NCBI GenBank assembly: GCA_037146775.1
Contig: JBAWWL010000002.1
Location: 262,554-326,553 of the forward strand
Length of the DNA: 64,000 bases
Reading direction: 5' to 3'
Source of the DNA: Candidatus Omnitrophota bacterium
Lineage (GTDB): Bacteria > Omnitrophota > Gorgyraeia > Duberdicusellales > 4484-171
Shown here: piece by piece, positions 20,075 to 30,479 of the stretch
How positions within the stretch are numbered: position 1 is the stretch's first letter
How the letters are laid out: each line of letters begins with the position of its first letter
Notes under the pieces: model-generated
The model's input: only the letters and a program-made list of their open reading frames with translations
Told to the model about the DNA's origin: nothing
The model's database searches: none
Position numbers and translations under genes: made by a program

Positions 20075-20824
20075 ATGATGAGTGAGCCAAAGTATACTGA
20101 TAATTTCTATCAAGACCTGATTAATAGTTCTCATAAGTCTGCCGCTAAGATTGTTCCTCTAGTTATGGATTTAGTTGCGCCAAAGTCGGTTGTCGATGTG
20201 GGATGTGGGGTTGGAGTGTGGTTATCTATCTTTCGCAAACATGGCGTGGAAGACTTTTTGGGTATAGATGGCTCATGGGTTAATAAAAAGTACCTCCAGA
20301 TTCCCGCCGACAGGTTTTTAGCTCACGATTTAAGGTTACCTCTCACAGTTAACAGAAGATTTGACCTGGTGGTGTCCCTGGAGGCTGCAGAACACGTACC
20401 GTCAGAATGTGCCGAAATTTTTATTAACAGCCTTGTTAGTTTTGGGCCAGTTGTTCTTTTCTCTGCGGCAATTCCCTCGCAGGGAGGCATAGGTCACATT
20501 AATGAACAATGGCCTGATTATTGGGCGAAATACTTTCGTATAAAGGGGTATGTCGTTGTTGATTATTTACGAGGGGCAATTTGGAATGAGAAGGTTTCGC
20601 CGATATACGCTCAAAATATTTTACTCTTTATTGATGAGAAATATCTTAAGGGTCAGCCGGCTTTAGCGGAAGCGTATAAGAAAACAGATGTTGCAACTTT
20701 GTGCCGTGTGCATCCGGAATTTTATGCATATCGAATTAATCCCGAAAACATGTCGTTACGAGAATTATTGCACGCTTTTCCTGCTGTCTTAAGAGAGTAT
20801 ATAGTGCGTAAACTAAAAAGATGA
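20075..20824 (+). CDS. Class I SAM-dependent methyltransferase
   Basis: VDVGCGVG, SLEAAEH, FSAA.P.QGG..HINEQ; ATG 20075 follows asnB stop. Confidence 0.85.
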   Translation: MMSEPKYTDNFYQDLINSSHKSAAKIVPLVMDLVAPKSVVDVGCGVGVWLSIFRKHGVEDFLGIDGSWVNKKYLQIPADRFLAHDLRLPLTVNRRFDLVVSLEAAEHVPSECAEIFINSLVSFGPVVLFSAAIPSQGGIGHINEQWPDYWAKYFRIKGYVVVDYLRGAIWNEKVSPIYAQNILLFIDEKYLKGQPALAEAYKKTDVATLCRVHPEFYAYRINPENMSLRELLHAFPAVLREYIVRKLKR

Positions 20825-21695
20825 AATATTCTTCCTTGGTTTCGGCGATACAGTATTACGGCTATCCATTCCCCAATCATTTCGGCAAATGGTGGTTGCA
20901 TGCGCGATTGCGTAAAGTTTTTAAGATTACGATTAACGAGGATATGGTGGTTGAGCGTGGTGGTTTACGTTGGATTCTTAATCCTTCTGATTATGTCCAA
21001 TCCGAACTTTTTTGGTTGGGGTTGAGGGATAGATGGAATAGCTATCATGTAAAAAATATTATTAAACCGGCAAATACTATTTTAGATATTGGTGCTAATT
21101 TTGGTTATTATTCTATCATTTGTGCATCTTCTTTGAAAGGGAACTGCCGAGTTTATGCTTTCGAGCCCAATTCACCTTCGTTTAATCGTCTGAAGAAGAA
21201 CATTGAGCTCAACTCTCTGGAGGGTTCTGTTACGGCCGCATGTGTGTAGGTTTTGCAAATACCAACTCAACAGCATATATATCTGAGCCAGTTGGTAATA
21301 GCGGAGCGGCAATCATTGTTAATAAGAAAGGAGATAGAAGTGTTACGCTTTATAGGCTGGATGATTTTTGTTGCGATAGGAAAATCGATAAGATAGATTT
21401 TTTGAAAATTGATGTTGAAGGTTTTGAGCGATATGTTTTAGAGGGAGGGAAAGAAACATTAAAAAAATCCAGACCGGTGATGTTAATTGAATTAAATCCT
21501 GTCGCATTGGCAAAAAATAGCCAGTCGGTCCTTGAGCTCGTTGAGTTTATAAAACATAATGGATATGTATTATATGAGGTAATGAGGACAAAACTTAAAT
21601 TACTCACGCATCTGCCCGGCGGTGAAGATCATATAGATGCGTTTTGTTTTCCCAGGGAAAAGATAGAGCCATTTAAAAAAGAAGGTGTAATATGA
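20821..21695 (+). pseudogene. FkbM-family methyltransferase split by a 2-nt frameshift
   Basis: N-half (LDIGANFG, AFEP) ends 21249; C-half (LKIDVEGFE) is in another frame; removing one TG from TGTGTGT at 21241-21247 fuses them. Confidence 0.8.
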
Positions 21696-22414
21696 AAAAC
21701 AAAACTTTTGTGCAGAAAGTGAAAAATGGTCAGCCGCCGTTTTATTCTCTTATTAAATCTGCAGTTTTATTTATTTTAAACTTCAGGATTCCTTTGTTCT
21801 GGCCGCTGACATGGTTTTATAGAGCATTGTATTTCTTTCATGTCTTTCTGAGAGAGTCCGTGGTAGTTCTCTTAAAAATAATTTATTTTGAGCCAATGAT
21901 TCGGGCTGTATGTGTCAAGGTTGGTCGAAACTTACGTTTAGAAAAGTTGCCGTATATAGTGGGCAATGGTTCAATTGAACTTGGCGATAATGTACGTATC
22001 TCCGGCCGTATAGACATCGGTTTTAATAATCGTTTTGGGCACACGCCTCAATTTATCGTAGGAAACAATGTTTTTATCGGGTGCCTCTGTGGTTTTGCTG
22101 CAGCAAAGAAAATAGAAATTGGTAATAACTGCTATCTTGCTTCAGGGGTTAAGATTTTTGATAATGACGGGCATCCTTTAGATCCCCAAAAGAGAAGACA
22201 GGGTGAACCCGTATCTATTGAAGACGTACAATCGGTAAAGTTATGCGATAATGTTTGGGTTGGAACAGGAGGGGTTATTCTAAAAGGAGTTACTATAGGA
22301 GAGAATTCAGTTGTAGGTGCCGGTTCCATTATCACTAAAGATGTCCCGGCAAATACTATCGTTGCTGGTAACCCCGCAAGAATCATAAAGGTAATTAACC
22401 AAGATGCTTCGTAA
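21692..22414 (+). CDS. Hexapeptide-repeat (LbH) O-acyltransferase
   Basis: IGNNCYLA, NVWVG..ILKGVTIGENSVVGAGS, VAGNPARI. Confidence 0.88.
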   Translation: MKNKTFVQKVKNGQPPFYSLIKSAVLFILNFRIPLFWPLTWFYRALYFFHVFLRESVVVLLKIIYFEPMIRAVCVKVGRNLRLEKLPYIVGNGSIELGDNVRISGRIDIGFNNRFGHTPQFIVGNNVFIGCLCGFAAAKKIEIGNNCYLASGVKIFDNDGHPLDPQKRRQGEPVSIEDVQSVKLCDNVWVGTGGVILKGVTIGENSVVGAGSIITKDVPANTIVAGNPARIIKVINQDAS

Positions 22415-23600
22415 TAGAAATATAATATACTTTTCAAATGATTGGAATACGGATCACAAGGTAAGCAGCCATCATATTGCTAAAGAACTTCTAAAGAATA
22501 ACAGGCTTATTTATGTAGAGACAGGAGGAATGCGTAAACCGAAGGCTTCTTCAAGAGACTTGAGACGCATATTTTTTCGATTAGTTTCTTGGTTACGAGG
22601 AATTCAAAAAATAGACGATAACCTATACATTTACCCGCTTATTATTTTTCCTTTTCATCAAAAATTGGCTCGCAGCCTAAATATATATTTGAATGTTTTT
22701 ATCTTGCGTAGAGCTATTAAGAAGTATAAATTTAAAGACCCAATTCTTTGGTTTGTAACCCCACATGTTTCTTATCTCGCCAATTACCTTCCTAAAAAAT
22801 TTACGGTATATTATTCAACAGATAATGTTTCTCTGGCGCCAGGGGTTGATCAAAAGGCTATTGAATGCTTGGAAAATGATTTATTGCATAAAGCTGATGT
22901 GGTTTTTGGTACCTCAGAATATTTATGTGATAGGTTAAGAAAAAAGAATATCAATCATCATATTTTTTATTCTCCCCAGGCAGTTAATGTAGAACATTTT
23001 TCCAGCGTTCAAAAAAATAATACTTCTCTTGCCGAGGAGATTAAAAATTTGAAGAAACCCGTAATTGGCTATATCGGGCTGATAGAAGAATGGATTGATT
23101 TAGATTTAATTGGGTATATTGCGAAATCGCGGCCAGAATGGTCAATAGCGCTAATTGGTAGAGTAGCTGTTTCTGTAGAAAATCTTAAGCGATTTGCCAA
23201 TATAAAATTTCTCGGAATTAAACAATACGAAGATTTACCTTCTTATTTAAAAGGATTTGATGTTTGTATTTCGCCGTTTAAGATTAATGAATTCACCAAA
23301 GGGGTCAACCCGATCAAGATAAAAGAATATTTGGCTTCAGGAAAGCCGGTAGTTTCAACACACCTTCCGGAGATGGAGAGGTTTAAAGATTTTATTGAGA
23401 TAGCAGATTCATATGAAGACTTTGTTCAAAAGATTGACCAATTTTTAAGCTATGATGATAGTGGTAAAATTACCAAAAGGATGGAATCGGTAAAAAATGA
23501 TAACTGGCAGAATCGGGCAGAAAAGATTTCAGAAATTATTGAAGAAATAGAGAGACTTACTATAAACAGACAATATTTATCAAAAGATTCCAGTGATTAG
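22404..23600 (+). CDS. Glycosyltransferase, TuaH-like GT-B
   Basis: VIGYIG, FDVCISPF, NPIKIKEYLASGKPVVST. Confidence 0.85.
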   Translation: MLRNRNIIYFSNDWNTDHKVSSHHIAKELLKNNRLIYVETGGMRKPKASSRDLRRIFFRLVSWLRGIQKIDDNLYIYPLIIFPFHQKLARSLNIYLNVFILRRAIKKYKFKDPILWFVTPHVSYLANYLPKKFTVYYSTDNVSLAPGVDQKAIECLENDLLHKADVVFGTSEYLCDRLRKKNINHHIFYSPQAVNVEHFSSVQKNNTSLAEEIKNLKKPVIGYIGLIEEWIDLDLIGYIAKSRPEWSIALIGRVAVSVENLKRFANIKFLGIKQYEDLPSYLKGFDVCISPFKINEFTKGVNPIKIKEYLASGKPVVSTHLPEMERFKDFIEIADSYEDFVQKIDQFLSYDDSGKITKRMESVKNDNWQNRAEKISEIIEEIERLTINRQYLSKDSSD

Positions 23601-23654
23601 ATTTAGATTGCAGTGATTAAAAATCACCGTAATCATCCCATAATCGCTGTAATC
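23586..23654. repeat. GATT.CAGTGATT / AATC.C.GTAATC inverted short-repeat cluster
   Basis: Two forward units (23586, 23606) and two reverse-like units (23622, 23642); first unit encodes the gene's last codons and stop. Confidence 0.55.
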
Positions 23655-23674
23655 ATTTTATAAGAGGGGGCTAA

Positions 23675-24802
23675 ATGTCAATTAAAGTTATTAACGTCGT
23701 AGGCACAAGGCCAAATTATATGAAAATGGCTCCTTTGATAGAGGAGATGAAGAAATACCCTCGCGATTTTTCCCCCCTTCTGGTTCATACTGGTCAGCAT
23801 TACGATAAAGAAATGTGTCATCTATTTTTCGATGATTTAAAAATGGCCCAGCCGGATATAAATTTAGAAGTTGGTTCAGGTAGCCATGCGCAGCAAACTG
23901 CAGCTATTATGGTGAAATTTGAGAGGGTTCTAATGAGCTACAAGCCGGATTTAGTTATGGTGGTTGGCGATGTGAATTCAGCTTTTGCCTGTGCGCTCGT
24001 AGCAAGGAAAATGCGCATAAAAGTTGCACACGTAGAAGCAGGATTGAGAAGCTTTGACGAACGAATGCCTGAGGAAATAAACCGGCGCATGATTGACGCC
24101 ATGTCTGAATACTTATTTACTACCTCCGATGATGATAATCGAAATCTGCTAAATGAGGCAATTCCCAGAAAAAAAATATATTTTGTCGGAAATATCATGA
24201 TTCAGACTCTTCTTAAATTTAAAGAGTTAGCTCAAAAAAGGAAAATTCTACAAGATTTTAAACTTAAACCCAAAGAATTTGCGTTAGTAACTATGCATAG
24301 GCCGGAAAATGTCGATCAAGAATCAACATTTTTGCCTATACTTAAAGCTTTGCGCAAAATTTCTAAAAAATTGCCTATTATATTTCCGGCGCATCCCCGT
24401 ACAATAGAGAAAATTAAGGTTTTAAAAATAGAAAGATGTTTTCAAGAGATAAAAGAATATAATATTAATAATCCAAGAGGCATTTTTATTTTGCCTCCCT
24501 TGGGATATCTTGATTTTGTCAATTTAATGTCGAATTGCCGGTTTATTTTAACTGATTCCGGCGGGATACAGGAAGAGGCAACGCTGCTTAGGGTTCCTTG
24601 TTTTACGCTTCGAGATAATACTGAAAGGCCCATTACTATTCGATGCGGAGGTAATATACTTGTCGGCACAAAAGAGCAGCGCATTGTCCAGATTGTAAGC
24701 AAGGCTATGGGGAAAGGCTGGCGTAAGGTCAAACTTCCTAAATATTGGGATAACCAGGTGGCAAAGAGAATAGTAAGTATTTTGAGGCAAGAATTAACAT
24801 AA
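23675..24802 (+). CDS. wecB: UDP-N-acetylglucosamine 2-epimerase (non-hydrolysing)
   Basis: GTRPN, HTGQHY, HVEAGLRS, PEEINR, TDSGGIQEE, TERP. Confidence 0.93.
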   Translation: MSIKVINVVGTRPNYMKMAPLIEEMKKYPRDFSPLLVHTGQHYDKEMCHLFFDDLKMAQPDINLEVGSGSHAQQTAAIMVKFERVLMSYKPDLVMVVGDVNSAFACALVARKMRIKVAHVEAGLRSFDERMPEEINRRMIDAMSEYLFTTSDDDNRNLLNEAIPRKKIYFVGNIMIQTLLKFKELAQKRKILQDFKLKPKEFALVTMHRPENVDQESTFLPILKALRKISKKLPIIFPAHPRTIEKIKVLKIERCFQEIKEYNINNPRGIFILPPLGYLDFVNLMSNCRFILTDSGGIQEEATLLRVPCFTLRDNTERPITIRCGGNILVGTKEQRIVQIVSKAMGKGWRKVKLPKYWDNQVAKRIVSILRQELT

Positions 24803-24826
24803 GGGTTTTATCGGGGATGAGCTGAA

Positions 24827-25942
24827 ATGGATAGTATATTTAAGAAAAAATTAAAAAAAGTAGCCAAAACTTTGATTGTTCCTTTTGAAAAAGCTTTCGG
24901 CGGGCTTTTGCATGATAAGCGCTTTCTTACGCTTTATATGGACTTAAACAATAAATGTAATTTAAAATGTACGATGTGCCACTTCAACGCCAATTTAGAT
25001 AACGAACCCGTAGTGATTATGAGTTTAGAGTTATTTGAAAAAATCGCTAAAGAAGTTTTCCCTAAAACACGCAGGCTTCATTTATCCTGTTCCGCCGAAC
25101 CCCTGATAATCCCAGATTTTTTTAAGTATCTTAAGATCGTAAGCAAATATTCTATTCCCCATACTAAGATTTCTACTAATGGTTTGCTTCTTACTGAAGG
25201 AATGAGTTTAGCCATTATAGAGGCGAACATTACCCAGGTAGGAGTATCAATAGATGGGGCAACTAAGGAAACCTATGAAAAAGTGAGAAAGGGCAGTAAT
25301 TTTGAGAAAGTAATAGAAAATATTGTTTTGCTGCAGAGCCTTAAAAGAAAGCTAAAAAAGAATAAGCCTTTGCTTACCTTTAGCTTTACTCTTATGCGTT
25401 CAAACATTCATGAATTACTCCAGTTTGTAAGATTGGCTAAAAAATTAGAAGCTGACCTTATTCAGGTAACTCATTTAATTCCTTTTAAAAGTTTAGATAT
25501 TATGAGCGAATCTCTTGTAAATTATAAAAAGGAAACTAATGAAATTTTAAATGAAGCAGAGTCTCTCGCAAAAAGCATCAAAATCGCTCTTGAACTGCCT
25601 TCCAGGTTTAGTTTAAATAAAGCAAAGGATACACAACTTTTATTTAACAAGCCTGATTGTCGAGTGCTTTATAATTCGATGTATATAATTTCCGACGGCC
25701 GAGTTGTCCCTTGCACGTGGTTTTCTTTGAAAGAATATTGCGTGGGTGATTTTAAAAAAGAGAATTTTCAAGAAATATGGAATGGCGAAGTTTATGGGAG
25801 GCTTCGCAGGCAATGGCGCAATAGAACATATCCTGAATACTGTCGGAATTGCCCTGTTTGGGGCAGCGAGAGTATTGATAATTATGTTTTTCAGGAGAAA
25901 GAGAGGAAAGACGTTCTTAATATTTCTTCGGTTGGCGTTTAG
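24827..25942 (+). CDS. Radical SAM protein with SPASM/twitch domain
   Basis: CNLKCTMC; C-terminal C..DGRVVPC..C..C. Confidence 0.85.
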   Translation: MDSIFKKKLKKVAKTLIVPFEKAFGGLLHDKRFLTLYMDLNNKCNLKCTMCHFNANLDNEPVVIMSLELFEKIAKEVFPKTRRLHLSCSAEPLIIPDFFKYLKIVSKYSIPHTKISTNGLLLTEGMSLAIIEANITQVGVSIDGATKETYEKVRKGSNFEKVIENIVLLQSLKRKLKKNKPLLTFSFTLMRSNIHELLQFVRLAKKLEADLIQVTHLIPFKSLDIMSESLVNYKKETNEILNEAESLAKSIKIALELPSRFSLNKAKDTQLLFNKPDCRVLYNSMYIISDGRVVPCTWFSLKEYCVGDFKKENFQEIWNGEVYGRLRRQWRNRTYPEYCRNCPVWGSESIDNYVFQEKERKDVLNISSVGV

Positions 25943-26016
25943 TAATGTCGGGTGCAAGATAGGCTAAATTATTAACAACATAAATTCGAAAACGAAAGAA
26001 GAAATAAGTGATTTAA

Positions 26017-26439
26017 ATGGCTAAAGAGATAAAGTCGGAAGGTCTGGAATATATATCTCATAAAGGGAAATTAATTTGCATTATTGTAAGAAATTCTTAC
26101 TGTAATAATAAAGTTATTTTTTTTACCCCCCAGAGTTTTTCGCAGCAACTTGGTTTTTTGCCCCACAAAAAAGGCGATTTCATTAAGCCGCATAAACATA
26201 AGCTTCACAAAAGGGAGATCTTCTACACCCAGGAAGTTTTGTGGGTTAAAAAGGGCAAAGTCAGAGTTGATTTATATAGCGAAGAAGAGAAATTCTTATG
26301 TTCGGAAGTCTTAATAAAAGGGGAAATAATTCTTCTTTGCGGCGGTGGGCATGGTGTCGAAGTTCTTGAGGATTCAGTGATGATTGAAGTAAAGCAGGGG
26401 CCCTACAAAGGGCCGGAAGATAAGCAATTTCTTAGGTAA
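26017..26439 (+). CDS. Cupin-fold protein (WbuC-like)
   Basis: PHKH..TQEVL..GGHG..EVKQGPY. Confidence 0.7.
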   Translation: MAKEIKSEGLEYISHKGKLICIIVRNSYCNNKVIFFTPQSFSQQLGFLPHKKGDFIKPHKHKLHKREIFYTQEVLWVKKGKVRVDLYSEEEKFLCSEVLIKGEIILLCGGGHGVEVLEDSVMIEVKQGPYKGPEDKQFLR

Positions 26440-26444
26440 AAATA

Positions 26445-27578
26445 ATGAAAACGATACCGGTAAGCGAACCGCTGATACTGGGGAAAGAGCTTAAGTATGC
26501 GCAACAGGCAATTGAATCAGGCTGGATTTCTTCTGAGGGAGAATTTATAAATAGATTTGAAAAAGATTTTGCGCAATATATTGGGAAAAAATATGCTGTT
26601 GCGGTAAATAATGGCACTAATGCTCTCATCTTGGCCTTACGGGTATTAGACCTTCCTAAGGAAAGCGAAGTAATTATCCCTACCTTTACTATAATTTCAT
26701 GTGCGCTTTCTTGCATATATAATAACTTAATTCCAGTATTTATAGATTGCGATAAAAGAACGCAGACCATGGACGTTTCTAAGATTGAAGAGAGGATAAG
26801 CAAAAAGACCAAAGCAATAATGCCGGTACATATATACGGCCATCCGGCTGATATGAATATGGTTTTAAAGGTTGCTAAAAAACATAACCTTTGTGTAATT
26901 GAGGATTTCGCTGAGGCCATTGGTTCGTTATATAAAGGCAGAAAATGTGGTAGCTTCGGAGACATAAATTGCACAAGTTTTTACGGTAATAAGCTTATCA
27001 CGACAGGCGAAGGCGGAATGTGTTTAACCGATAACAAAATCTTTGCGGAGAAACTGAGGAGATTGCGCAATTTAGGTTTTATCCCCCAAGAGAGGTTCGT
27101 TCACTATGATTTGGGCTTTAATTTTAGGATAACGAATGTCCAGTCCGCCATAGGTTGCGCTCAGTTAGAGAGAATAGAGGAGCATGTTAAAAGGAAAGTA
27201 TGGATAGCCAACACATACAACCGGGCATTAAACAAATTGCAGCAAAAAGGCTTTATAAGCTTACCTGTCGAAGAAACTTGGGCTAAAAATACTTATTGGA
27301 TGTATACGATAGTATTGAATGAAAAATTTGGAGTAAAAGCAAAAGAAGTGATAGGGAAATTGAGGAAGAAAAATATTCAGGCAAGGCCATTCTTTTATCC
27401 TTTACATCTTCAGCCTGCTTTTAAGAAATTGCCTTGGTATAAAAAAGAAAATCTTCCGGTAAGTGAGAAATTATATGAATATGGTTTTTATCTTCCTTCG
27501 GGATTAACCCTCAAAAAAGAAGATATAGGAAGGGTTTCGTTTGCCCTAGAAGAGGTTTTACATGGTTTTTGCAAGTGA
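26445..27578 (+). CDS. DegT/DnrJ/EryC1/StrS aminotransferase (perosamine synthase-like)
   Basis: NGTNAL, VHIYG, IEDFAEA, SFYGNKLITTGEGG. Confidence 0.9.
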   Translation: MKTIPVSEPLILGKELKYAQQAIESGWISSEGEFINRFEKDFAQYIGKKYAVAVNNGTNALILALRVLDLPKESEVIIPTFTIISCALSCIYNNLIPVFIDCDKRTQTMDVSKIEERISKKTKAIMPVHIYGHPADMNMVLKVAKKHNLCVIEDFAEAIGSLYKGRKCGSFGDINCTSFYGNKLITTGEGGMCLTDNKIFAEKLRRLRNLGFIPQERFVHYDLGFNFRITNVQSAIGCAQLERIEEHVKRKVWIANTYNRALNKLQQKGFISLPVEETWAKNTYWMYTIVLNEKFGVKAKEVIGKLRKKNIQARPFFYPLHLQPAFKKLPWYKKENLPVSEKLYEYGFYLPSGLTLKKEDIGRVSFALEEVLHGFCK

Positions 27579-28320
27579 ATACGCTTTGGTTTACGATACC
27601 CTTTATCGCGACAAAGATTACAAAAAAGAAAGTGAGTTTATTGAAAATATTTTTAGAAAGCTTAAGCTTACTCCAAAAACCATCCTTGACCTTGGTTGCG
27701 GAACGGCAAGCCATGCGATTTCTTTAGCCAGAAGAGGTTATGAGGTAGTTGGCGTGGATAAATCCGCGCAAATGCTTAAAATTGCGAAAGAAAAAGCAAA
27801 AAAGGCTAGAGTTTCTATTGAGTTCATTAAAGAAGATATAACAAAATTAAACTTACAGAAAAAATTCGATGCAATAGTCGCTATGTTCGCTGTCGTTGGT
27901 TATCAAGCGACCGATTCCGCATTAAAAAAAACATTCGATACGGCGCATAAACATCTTGTCCCTGGCGGTATATTTATATTTGATTGTTGGTATGGCCCGG
28001 CTGTTTTAACGGATAAACCTCGCGAATGCATTAAGGAAATTGTTACCGCTAACGGAGAAAAGATAGTCAGATTTACTACCCCTGAGTTTGAAATCTTAAG
28101 AAATATCGTAAAAGTTAATTTTAAAGTGCAAAGATTCAAAGGGGCTAAAATTATAGCGGAAACAAAAGAAAGCCATTTAATGCGTTTTCTATTTGCTGAT
28201 GAGATTGTACACTTTTTAAAAAGAGCAGGCTTTAAAAGTGTGCAATTGCACCCCTTTTTAAATCTTGATAAGGCCATATCAGAGGAAGACCGGAATGTAA
28301 CGGTAGTTGCTCGCGCGTAA
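27562..28320 (+). CDS. Class I SAM-dependent methyltransferase
   Basis: YD.LY..KDY..E, LDLGCGT, HLVPGG.FIFD.WYGP. Confidence 0.87.
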   Translation: MVFASEYALVYDTLYRDKDYKKESEFIENIFRKLKLTPKTILDLGCGTASHAISLARRGYEVVGVDKSAQMLKIAKEKAKKARVSIEFIKEDITKLNLQKKFDAIVAMFAVVGYQATDSALKKTFDTAHKHLVPGGIFIFDCWYGPAVLTDKPRECIKEIVTANGEKIVRFTTPEFEILRNIVKVNFKVQRFKGAKIIAETKESHLMRFLFADEIVHFLKRAGFKSVQLHPFLNLDKAISEEDRNVTVVARA

Positions 28321-28352
28321 CTTTGGAAATTTTTCAAAACCCTGCTTAATTT

Positions 28353-29165
28353 ATGCCGATGATAAAAAGAATAATAAAACGCATATTAAAAATCTTAGGG
28401 TTTACAATACGAAGATTACCCTCGAGCCGATATGGGAGTAAAAAAAGATTATTCACCCCATTGCGGTTTACAATGGAAGAGGCCCTGCAGCATATATCGA
28501 GCTTGGGCTATTCTCCTCCAATCATAATAGATGTTGGCGCTGCAGGCGGCACGCCGGCTTTACTGAATATCTTTCCGGATGCAAAATATATCTGGATTGA
28601 ACCGTTAAAAGAATTTGAGAGCCATCTCAATAAACTGTCGAAGAGATACAATGGGCAAGTTATTATTGCAGCTGCCGGTAAGCTTAGCGGAGTTTCTGTA
28701 ATTACGATTAGTCCGGATTTATATGGCAGTTCTTTATCATATGATAATTCGAATGAGAGCACATTAAGAGAAGTCAATACGATTAGGCTGGATGATTTAA
28801 TTGAAGAGCACAACTTAAAAAACAATATTCTTCTAAAAGTTGATGTTCAAGGGTATGAACTGGAGGTACTTGAGGGGGCTCAACACGTCCTGCAAGTTTG
28901 TGAGGTTGTGATTCTTGAGGTATCACTTTTTAAGTTCCAGCGGGATTATCCGGATTTTTCTGAAGTTGTTGAGTATATGAAAAAGAGAAATTTTGTTGTG
29001 TACGATATTGTAGACGGACATAATCGTCCACTCGACGGCGCATTAGCCCAGAAAGACGTTCTGTTTGTAAAAGAAAACGGCCGATTCAGGCAAAATCACC
29101 AATGGGGGACAGCCGAGCAAATCGAACAATTTAACAAAATATATCGGCACAATAAGAATAACTAA
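28353..29165 (+). CDS. FkbM-family methyltransferase
   Basis: IIDVGAA.G, IEP, LKVDVQGYELEVL. Confidence 0.87.
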   Translation: MPMIKRIIKRILKILGFTIRRLPSSRYGSKKRLFTPLRFTMEEALQHISSLGYSPPIIIDVGAAGGTPALLNIFPDAKYIWIEPLKEFESHLNKLSKRYNGQVIIAAAGKLSGVSVITISPDLYGSSLSYDNSNESTLREVNTIRLDDLIEEHNLKNNILLKVDVQGYELEVLEGAQHVLQVCEVVILEVSLFKFQRDYPDFSEVVEYMKKRNFVVYDIVDGHNRPLDGALAQKDVLFVKENGRFRQNHQWGTAEQIEQFNKIYRHNKNN

Positions 29166-30475
29166 TGGAAAAAATAATACTTGTTTATCCAGATTATCGG
29201 GGTGGAGATATTTTTAATGGGCAATATTTGCCTGTAGGTTTAGGTTATCTCGCTAGGGCTCTTGAGAATGCACAAATCCAATATAAAACTATTGATTTGA
29301 ATATCGATTCTATAGATAAGCTGTTTGATGAAATAAAATATTTTCTTCCTCATTTTTTAGGCATCAGTATGATGAGCTTTCGCTGTAAGGCGACGTATCA
29401 ATTGATTGCGAATTTAAAATCTAAGTTCCCGAACCTTACTATAATTGTGGGCGGTCCGCACGTGGCCGCTAATAAAGATAAAGTTATGAAAGAGTGCCTT
29501 TTTGTAGATATCGCCGTATCTAGGGAAGGCGAAACCGCCTTGGTAGATATTGTTGGCGGTAGGCCACTGCCAACAATCAAAGGTATATTTTATCGGCAAG
29601 GTGCAAAAATATATTTCTCCGGAGAAAGAGATTTTATACAAAACTTAGACGATATAGATTTTCCAACATACAAAGGGTTTAATTTGAGTAGATATGGAAA
29701 ACGTATGCAGATATCTTCTTCTAGGGGCTGCCCTTACGAATGTATATTTTGTGGAGCCCCTGAGATTCTAGGTAGGTATTGGCGGAAGCGGAGCGCAAAG
29801 AGTATGATTGAAGAATTTGACTATTGGTATGAAAAAGGCTATAGAAATTTTTATTTTAATGATAGTAATTTTGCTGTTGATAAAATACGAATATGGAATT
29901 TTTGTGAGGAAATTAGAAAGCGCAATCCTAATGTGTCTTTTAGGAGCGATGGTTTACGCGCGGATCATCTTGATAAAGAATTACTTGTTCAGATGCGTGA
30001 GGCAAAATTCACTCATCTTTCTTTTGGAGTTGAAAGCGGCAGTGATAAGGTTTTATTAAATTTAAGAAAAGGAGAGACGCGCGCACAAATAGAAATAACT
30101 ATAGCAACAGCCGTTAATTTAGGGTTTTATGTAACACTTTTTTTCCTGCTTGGTTGCCCGGGGGAAGATAAAGAAGATATCAGGCAGTCTTTTCAGCTTG
30201 CCTGTAAATATAGAGTAGAGCGAGTTTATTTTTTTAATTTAACACCCATTCCGGGAACAGAATATTATCGGTGGGCTGTTGCAAAAGGTTATATTGATGA
30301 ATTTGGTGGTAACTATCCCGAGGATAGGTTCGGTTTTCCAGATAAAATGCTTTTTGGAACCGGAAATATGCCAAAAGAAGAGCTCATATCGTGGCGAAGG
30401 AGCGCACGATGGCTGGAACGAAAAATTAGGTGGCAGTTTCGCTTAGAAAGACTTACAAGAAAATTTATTTTGTAA
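29165..30475 (+). CDS. B12-binding radical SAM protein
   Basis: LPVGLGYLA, GGPH, EGE, SSRGCPYECIFC, GVESGS. Confidence 0.88.
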   Translation: MEKIILVYPDYRGGDIFNGQYLPVGLGYLARALENAQIQYKTIDLNIDSIDKLFDEIKYFLPHFLGISMMSFRCKATYQLIANLKSKFPNLTIIVGGPHVAANKDKVMKECLFVDIAVSREGETALVDIVGGRPLPTIKGIFYRQGAKIYFSGERDFIQNLDDIDFPTYKGFNLSRYGKRMQISSSRGCPYECIFCGAPEILGRYWRKRSAKSMIEEFDYWYEKGYRNFYFNDSNFAVDKIRIWNFCEEIRKRNPNVSFRSDGLRADHLDKELLVQMREAKFTHLSFGVESGSDKVLLNLRKGETRAQIEITIATAVNLGFYVTLFFLLGCPGEDKEDIRQSFQLACKYRVERVYFFNLTPIPGTEYYRWAVAKGYIDEFGGNYPEDRFGFPDKMLFGTGNMPKEELISWRRSARWLERKIRWQFRLERLTRKFIL

Positions 30476-30479
30476 TGCA

